A DNA stretch of 63,760 bases, the filler included, from Reclinomonas americana ATCC 50394 (taxonomy: Eukaryota), in the NCBI GenBank assembly GCA_048213135.1. It is 20 parts of 20 records of this genome, joined end to end, with 100 filler letters (N's around TTAATTAATTAA, not from the genome) between each part and the next. Parts side by side here need not be neighbours in the genome. Positions count along the whole stretch, not along the records: positions 40,932 to 50,632 come from AFZH01019480.1; positions 50,733 to 53,271 come from AFZH01019481.1; positions 53,372 to 54,912 come from AFZH01019482.1; positions 55,013 to 56,443 come from AFZH01019483.1; positions 56,544 to 59,103 come from AFZH01019484.1; positions 59,204 to 60,841 come from AFZH01019485.1; positions 60,942 to 62,580 come from AFZH01019486.1; positions 62,681 to 63,760 come from AFZH01019492.1; 12 more parts are not named here. The stretch is one strand, 5' to 3'. Position 1 is the first letter of the stretch, and each line of letters opens with the position of its first letter. Below the pieces are notes generated by a model, which worked only from the letters and a program-made list of their open reading frames with translations, made no database searches and was not told where the DNA came from. This document shows, piece by piece, positions 50,294 to 63,760 of the stretch. A program made the position numbers and the translations under genes.

Positions 50294-50732
50294 GTAATGC
50301 AACTCTCTCTGTCTGCATATGGTATGTTGCTAGTCACGAGAGACAGTACGTAGTGCGGGAGGCATGGGTGACAGTGACACGTTTGTCCACGTACTCGCCA
50401 CAATTCCAATTGCGCACGTTGGTGGAGAGCGCGCTCGCCCCAACACACACAAACACACACACACACACACGCACGCTCACTCACACGTGCTTGAATAAGC
50501 ACTGTTTGAACACAGAGACAAAAACAAACCGAAACCAAGGTATGCGCACATCCAACTGATCTGTGTTTTTTTTTTTTGCGAGTGTGTGTCATCTGTCTGT
50601 CTCTCTCTCTCTCTTTCTCGCACACACACACGNNNNNNNNNNNNNNNNNNNNNNNNNNNNNNNNNNNNNNNNNNNNTTAATTAATTAANNNNNNNNNNNN
50701 NNNNNNNNNNNNNNNNNNNNNNNNNNNNNNNN

Positions 50733-50785
<53 letters not shown>

Positions 50786-50840
50786 CTGCAGTGCGCACCG
50801 CGTGGTGGCAGTCGTGCACTCTTCGTTTGTGTTTTTTTGG

Positions 50841-51036
50841 TTTCGCGCGCATTCTTCGTCTTGTTCGTTTTAGTGCGCGCTCTCTCACTCTCCTCCCTGC
50901 TCTCTCACTTTCTCTGTCTCTGTGTCTGCCTGTCACTCTCTCTCTCTTTCTCTGTGCGCGTGTGCTTGCATGAGCGACGCACGCGCGCGCAACGGTCGTG
51001 CACGTGTTGTAACGGTCATCTTATTTTTTCGCGCGC
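50841..51036 (+). promoter_or_regulatory. E2F-like (TTTCGCGC) and Myb/MSA-like (AACGGTC) motifs upstream of adhesin copy A
   Basis: TTTCGCGCGC 50841, AACGGTC 50991 and 51011, TTTTTTCGCGCGC 51024; the same motifs recur upstream of copy B. Confidence 0.35.
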
Positions 51037-51169
51037 AAAACTGTTCGTTCTTTTTCTCTCCCTCTTTTCGCTTGTGTCGTGCACCTTTCATTCACGCCCG
51101 GGTTTCTTTGGGACGTGGCATGCTGCTTTTTTCTGACGCGTTTTCCCTCGCAGACGCGCAGCAATACAA

Positions 51170-52915
51170 ATGTCTCGCGCACTGATGACGCAGGCCGTTG
51201 TTGCGGCCTTGCTGCTCATTGTGGTCACACTGGCCGTGAGCATCTCGGCCACTCCCCTCCCGCCTCCGCCTCCGGGCACGGCGAAGATCCTGCAGCTGGG
51301 CAGTCTCTATGCTCGTATCAACCTGGGCGCTGGCGCCGCCCGCGGTGGCGCGTCGCAGAACAATGAGTGCGAGGCACCGATTACCACGTGCGCCGGAACC
51401 GTCTTCTACCCCGACACATTCACCGATTTCCCCGCTGGCAAGTGGACTGCTCCCAAACTGGGAAAGTGAGTTTGCAGTCTGCAGTTGTTGCATGCGTGCT
51501 CTGCTCTCGACTCTTTTGACTCTTCTGGTGGCTGTCGTTTCCTTCTTCTCATTGTCTCTGACTTTTCTCACTCTCACTCTTGCCCACTTCCAAGTATCGC
51601 TGTACTGACTCTCCTCCTTCAGCGCCTATCCAAACAGCGACGCTTTGTACACATCACTCGACGCCCTCAACCCGGAGAGTGTCATCAATGTCAATGATGG
51701 ATCGGTGCAGACCATTCTGGGCTGCGGTGCCAACGCCATTGGCGTCTCCGAGGTGTGTACTCCTTATTTTTTGTTTCGATATCGATATCTGTTCACATTT
51801 GCCTTTGCAGCGCATCTTCCGGTGTGCTCGTTTCGCCGTCCCTGGTAACAACATGGAGTGGCAGCTCAACGACCGTTGCGTACACGTGTTCCTGGCTGTC
51901 TTCTGCTGAATTGTGCTTGTCTGCTGACGGCATGTTCCAATTTCCTTGCGTACAGTGGCGGCCGGTGACTACCAGGTCCGCTTCTACTTTGCGGAGAACG
52001 GTGACCGTCCGCCGTCTGCCACTCGCTGTGAGATCTTCAACGTCAACGGCAACCAGTCCACTGTTGCGTCGATCATCTCTTCCGACCAGCTGCTTGTCAT
52101 CGCCCTTCACGCATTCATTGACTTTGTTCATGTTTCTATCATGTCTAGCAACAAGACACCGTGGCTCTCGCCGCGGGCGTGCAGCGCGCTGGCTCGTTTG
52201 TGTGGCCGCCGATCGACTCGAACAACCATGCTGCCACGGTCGCCGCCAATGGCAACCTGAATATCAAGGTGTGTTGCTGTGCTCGAGAAATAAGAATTGA
52301 TTCTGCCATTGTTCTCACTTGCACCCTCATTTCCGATCCCATGCAGGTCATCTCTGGTTCTGGCTGCGCCAACAACTACGCCTCGATCAATGCGATTGAG
52401 GTGTACTACTTGAGTTACGTGTCTCCCTTCTCGTAACACCAGCGACGAGTTGCTTTATTATTGGTTACCCTGACGAACGTATGTGCCACTCAAAGATCGC
52501 CAGCCGACGAACATGGTCTTCACATTCGATGCCAACTGGTCGTCGAAGAAGACTCCGGTCGCCGTCGGCACCGTTGTCGGTACCTTCTCGGCCACCGACG
52601 CTGAGAACGACACGCTGACGTGGTCGCTGCCCAACAGCCAGAACGGTCGCTTTGCGATCTCGTGCACTGGTGTGGTCACCGTCAACCAGGTTCTCAACGA
52701 CGATCTTATCCGTGGCGTGCTGTCCATCACGGGCGCTGTGTCTGACGGCACCAATCCTGCCGTGACGCTGAGCAAGGATGTGTCATTCAGTTGCGTCCTT
52801 GGCAGACAGCATGCGTGTTTGTTCACTCTTCTCTATCTCTCTCTTGGTATTCTTCCTACTCTCCTCCTCCTCCTCCTCCTCTTCCTCCACCTCATCGTTA
52901 TATTCATCACTCTCA

Positions 52916-52947
<32 letters not shown>

Positions 52948-53371
52948 CACACACACTCACTACTGTGCTTCTCATTCGTCTCACCGTAATAATCCTCTCG
53001 TTCCATGCACACCGTTGCTTGTGAGCTCACTGTTCATCATCTTCCACAGCTGTGGCTGGCCTGGACAATGGCAACAAGACTCTGGTGCTCGGCGGCAAGG
53101 ACGCTCGCATCCACTTGGGCATTGGCGATGCTGGTGGTGGTGCCTCCAATGTGAACGTGTGCAACAACGACATCACTATTTGCACTGGCCAGACGTTCTA
53201 CAAGAGCACTCTTGCCGACTTCCCGTCGATCGGCACTGTGGTGACCAACGGAGTGTTGCGTTGCCTTCCACNNNNNNNNNNNNNNNNNNNNNNNNNNNNN
53301 NNNNNNNNNNNNNNNTTAATTAATTAANNNNNNNNNNNNNNNNNNNNNNNNNNNNNNNNNNNNNNNNNNNN

Positions 53372-53409
<38 letters not shown>

Positions 53410-56400
53410 CCGTCATCCTTCTCGTCTCACTCGACTTGCTGCGACAGTCCGTACCCGGCGAGCAACGGCGACCGCAACGATGCGATTGGCGACGCTGATC
53501 TGACTGCCATGTTTGGTTGCGTGGACCAAAACCTCCGCGACCTGTTCAAGTGCCAGCGCTACGTGCTCGCCCCCAACGTCATGGAGTACAACTTCAACGT
53601 GCCGGCTGGTCGCTACCGTGTGCGCTTCTTCTTTGCCGACACTGCGGGTGGTCAGAACAAGCGGTGCGGTCTGTTCAGCGTCAACGGCGTGCAGTCGCCG
53701 GAGATTGAGCAGGTCAGCTTCCTGGCCGCCAAGTCTGGACGCGCATCCGAGTACGCCTGGCCGCTCGGGTCGAGCCCGGCCACGCTCACGTCTCCCGGCG
53801 TGCTCAACATCAAGATTCTCGCTGGCTCGAGCTGCACTGGCTCTGGCGAGGTGTGTAGGCGGTCTTGGTGCTGATGAAATACGCTGATGTTGAGCTGACA
53901 TTTGTGTTTGATTTTGTGCGCTGCTGCAGCTGAACGCCATCTCGGTCAACTCGTTCGAGATTATTGACGTCAGTTTCGTCTTTTTGTATTTTCATTAGTC
54001 GTCTCAGCCCCTCCCACTCCACTCTTGGCAGAAGTCTCACTCTCTGTTCTCCTCCTCCCCCCTCTTACCCACCGTCAGACCTGCCGCCGAAGAACCTGCA
54101 GTTCACGGCCTCCAAGGCGTATCTGGTGCTGCCGGCCTTCTCGAACGTGAGCCTGGGAACGGTGTCGGCCACCGATCCGGAGAACGATCAGATCACGTAC
54201 TCGCTGGACGACAACGATGGTGGCCTGGTGAAGATCAATTCGTCCAATGGCCAAGTGCGCACCAACCAGCTGATCAACCGCTCTGGCTGCAAGCTGGTGT
54301 TGAAGTTCGTTGTGCGTGCCACTGACAAGTACGGCCACTATGTGACGAAGGAGGTCACCTTCCCTCGTTGCGTTCATGCTTTCCTCGTCATCGTCATGGT
54401 TTGACATTTCCAGCATGTTGTTTCGGTTTTCTGACGTTTTCTTGTTCTTCACTTCCACGCAGTGGCCAACCGTCCAAGCCCTCCGGACATTCGTCTGTTC
54501 CCGTTCCATCCGTACGACCCGACGTTCACTCCTGTGGGTGTGGTGTCGTCGCTGATTGTGGACAACAACGAGTCTGTGTACCAGCTGGACAACCCTTTCA
54601 TTTGTGGGCTCGTGGGTCTGCTGCCGTTCAATCTTCAGGCGGCGACGGAGCTTGTGGACGAGCCTGTGAAGGACGAGGACGATCCGTGCCCGACTCCCAA
54701 CCAGGACGGTCTCGACCTGTCGGACGATGCGCCGGATGTGCTTCCCGACAACTTCCCGCCGCCCGCTGGTGTGTCTGAGCCGTGGACTGAGACGCCGAGC
54801 AACGGCGACGACGCGTCTGCCATCACCTTGAACCCGGCGATCATCACTTCGGAGGGCTGGCTGCTGAAGTCTCAGAGCCTTACCGAGACGCAGCCGGTGT
54901 GCTTGTCGGCTCNNNNNNNNNNNNNNNNNNNNNNNNNNNNNNNNNNNNNNNNNNNNTTAATTAATTAANNNNNNNNNNNNNNNNNNNNNNNNNNNNNNNN
55001 NNNNNNNNNNNNAATCGGCACTCTGGGTGTGCAGGACTCGAACCTGTACGACACTCACACGTTCACGCTCAACAACTCGGCTGACGGAAGCAACGACAAT
55101 GGCCTGTTCTCGATCAATGGGTCATCCCTGAAGATCACGACTGCCACTGCGACTGCCGGCAAGGAGCTGCGCGTGGCAGTGAAGGCCAGTGACAAGCATC
55201 GGTTCTTCAAGCCGATCATTCCGCGTAATTTCACGACCACCGGAACTGTGCCGACGGAAGAAGATATTCTGGCGTTGTTGTTGACCAACCCGGGATCGTC
55301 TGCGGCCTCTGGATTCTTCGGCGGCCTCGAGACGTCGTATGCGTTCATCATCGACACCAACTCGGCACCGACCGACATTTACTGCCAGAGCGGCTCGCTT
55401 TGTTGCGTTCACAAAATTTTGTGTCGTTTCTTCTCTCCTCTTTCTCTCGCTCGCTTACGCTGCCGCTCGTGCTCAACACAGCGTACAACCCGCCGTCTGT
55501 GGCCGGTGACATTATCTGCCAACTGGCGGCATCGGATCCGGACTTGAACGAGTCGTTGACATTCTCGGCTCCGTGGGATGCTGATCTGGAGGTGACATCG
55601 GACGGCAAGCTGAAGTTCAAGACTGCTCGGTCGGGCTGCTTGACGCTGAGCGTGACGGTGACTGACCACAATGGCCTGACGTACACGGCGTTGTTGGCGA
55701 TTGGCGAGAGTTGCGTCTCATGCGAGAAGGGAGAAAGAGAGAAAGAGAGAGATAGAAGAGTGTTGATGTTGGTTGGTGTGAGAGACTGGGTGCTGACATT
55801 GCGAAAACCCCCACAGACCAGCAGCCGCCGACTGACATTTCGCTGACGTCGTACGAGTACATTGCACCGACGATCCGTGCCGACGATGTGTTTGCGACGC
55901 TGTCGGCGACTGACAAGAACACTGTCGACGGCAACTGCAACTCGTCGCCGGCGAGCAGCACGTTCCTGTACGAGGTGATTGCCGGTCAGAGCGATGCCAT
56001 CAACATTGCTGGCGACAAGATCCGCATCTCCAAGTACAACGAGGCACGGCCGAAGCTGAGCGTTCTTGTGCGTGTGACGGACAATGCTGGCGAGACGTTC
56101 CAGAAGATCATTGATGTGTTTGCCAGTTGCGTTTTCTTTACGGGAGTGGATAAGGAGAATACTTGTTGTATGTGTGGTAGTTGCTTGCAGGCGTGTGGAG
56201 TGAGAGAGCTTGAGTGAGGCAGTTCAATGTTTCTTCAGGTATCTTCTCTCCCCCCTCTCTCTCCCCACTGCTCACATTTTCCTTTCTCTCCCTTCCTCTC
56301 TATTTTCCTGTCGCTGTGCAGAGCAACCGATCCCGACTCCGGCGGTGGTGTCGTGCGACGAGGGGTGCAACGGCGGCGGCTGCATCACGTCGATCAACGC

Positions 56401-56443
56401 GTGCTCGTGCCCGGCTGGCATCTTCAAGTCACCGTTCTCGGCC
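51170..56443 (+). CDS. Secreted/surface protein, copy A: signal peptide, malectin, cadherin, malectin, ~5 cadherin-like repeats, EGF-like; 3' end in gap
   Basis: Signal AVVAALLLIVVTLAVSISA; malectin RINLG..YQVRFYFAE..GNLNIK..ASINAIEV and YRVRFFFAD..SVNSFEI; cadherin GTFSATDAENDTLTWSL..FAI, GTVSATDPENDQITYSL, NSAPTDI, SDPDLNESLTF, VRVTDNAGETFQK; EGF CDEGCNGGGC..CSCPAG. Confidence 0.85.
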
Positions 56444-56985
56444 NNNNNNNNNNNNNNNNNNNNNNNNNNNNNNNNNNNNNNNNNNNNTTAATTAATTAAN
56501 NNNNNNNNNNNNNNNNNNNNNNNNNNNNNNNNNNNNNNNNNNNACGAGGATCGCGTGTCTGTTGATGTCTCCGCTCTCTGTCGCTTGGCCTTCTTGCGCT
56601 CATTCTTGAACTGTACTTTTTCGCGCGCACTCAGTTTGCTTGTTTTCTCGTGCGCTTCCTGCTGTCACATCCGTGCTCTTCCTCACACGTTCGTGCGAGT
56701 ATTTCGGCAGAGCAGCAAGTGGTGTACTGTCGCACGCGCGTTTGTCTGTGTGTTGCGGTGCACGCGTCGTAACGGTCTTTTTTTGTTTCCATTTTCGCGC
56801 GCGTATCGTTCATTTCGTGCCTCGTCGCCCAATTCATTGCACGATCACTCTCCGTTTCTCTCTCTGTTTCTCGCGCAAGCAAGACTCGTGGTGTGCTCTT
56901 GGTTGCAACTTTTTCATTTCCCGTTACGAATGTGCGGTGACCGTTACGCTCACTGATTTTTTCGCGCGCGCAGTGAAAAAGCAAC

Positions 56986-62580
<5,595 letters not shown>

Positions 62581-62722
62581 NNNNNNNNNNNNNNNNNNNN
62601 NNNNNNNNNNNNNNNNNNNNNNNNTTAATTAATTAANNNNNNNNNNNNNNNNNNNNNNNNNNNNNNNNNNNNNNNNNNNNCGACGCGGTGGGAAGGAGCT
62701 TCATCTGCGTGTGCGCACATAC

Positions 62723-63456
62723 CCAGCGTCAGGAGACTCTTGTTGATGTGAGCGGTCTCCTTGGCAGTCATGCCGACCGACTTGGACTCTTTGAGGCGCT
62801 CGGAACCTGCAGCAGGGATATAGGTGAGTAGCTTGCTGACTCCACCAGCGTTCCTTGTGTGCGCGAAACACACCTGCCAGATCCACAAAGTTGATTCGAC
62901 CGTGTCGGCGGTGCACGAATCCGTCGTGATGATCGACGATTTCAGTGTCGATCAGAATGGAGAACATGCAGTGGCTTCGACTCGAATCCTTGTTCAGCTC
63001 GTGACTGGCCACCTTGCGGTTCTTGAGGCCTAGCACAACAAGCTCCATCAGCATCCGCGCGCTTTGTCACAACGAGAACAGTTCTCTCTCCCACCTTCCT
63101 TGACGACCTCCATGAGTTCCGCTGCACTCAGACACTCCACCACACATGCATTCTCCTGCGGGCGCGCACACCAGCAATGATGACACGTACGCGCATCAAC
63201 GGTATGGACACAGAAAGCAGCGTACCACAAAGAATCCGGCCTCTGATGACCACCTGACCGGTAGGTTTGAGCGATCCGGTATCAGCAAGTCGTTGACTCG
63301 CTCATTGTAGATCTCCAAGTACGACGCTCGCACAGTGACTTTGACAGTGCCAGGGAACCGGGCGACTGTATCGGTGGCCAACTGGAACACGCGATTGGCG
63401 GCGCGCGGGATGAGTCCCTGCACTTGCTGCGACTCTGTTTTCCCACAGGTGAGTCG

Positions 63457-63487
<31 letters not shown>

Positions 63488-63760
63488 CTGCTCGATACAA
63501 GAACCGCTCACCGCAGGTAAAGTCTGGTCCCGACTGCGTAAAGGTCTTCCCGCTGCCCGTCTGCCCACTGCACCACACCTTATCAGTCAGATTTGTCGGG
63601 GACAACCCCACGCCCGCGCCGCGGCCTCACACACGCAACTATGCAAACACTGTGGCGCTGAATCTGCGCTCGAGCACGTGATGTTAGCCGCCGGTGGCAT
63701 CGAACACCAACAGAGCGATGGTACACACACACAACGAACCCTTCCATGGCACTATCCAGT
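62723..63760 (-). CDS. KIF12: Kinesin motor domain, KIF12/kinesin-16-like; partial at both ends
   Basis: [80 protein letters not shown] resembles KIF12. Confidence 0.8.

Overview
Gene-dense, intron-rich nuclear DNA of a eukaryotic microbe (probably flagellated), using the standard code. Contigs are joined by 19 artificial 100-nt spacers (N44-TTAATTAATTAA-N44). Manual splicing recovers: a Ser/Thr kinase with an ARM-like tail, a CENP-P homolog, three related WD40 genes, a Crinkler-type NTPase+REase gene, a 7TM-RGS protein, mitochondrial MetRS, a GBF1/GNOM-type ARF-GEF, a membrane-anchored P-loop ATPase, TRAPPC12, an F-box/WD40 gene, two tandem malectin-cadherin-EGF surface proteins and a KIF12-like kinesin. 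The main signal is a two-class 5' splice-site system. About 30 independent introns use a register-shifted donor GTT(G/T/A/C)(C/A)G, with the conserved G at +6 instead of +5, always after an exon ending in A, C or T. Ordinary donors almost always follow an exonic G. Other highlights are a WD40 propeller inserted inside the Sec7 catalytic domain, a catalytically degenerate Crinkler protein with a mitochondrial-type presequence, and a recurrent double-palindrome upstream element. All gene models and family calls come from reading motifs by eye, not from database searches.
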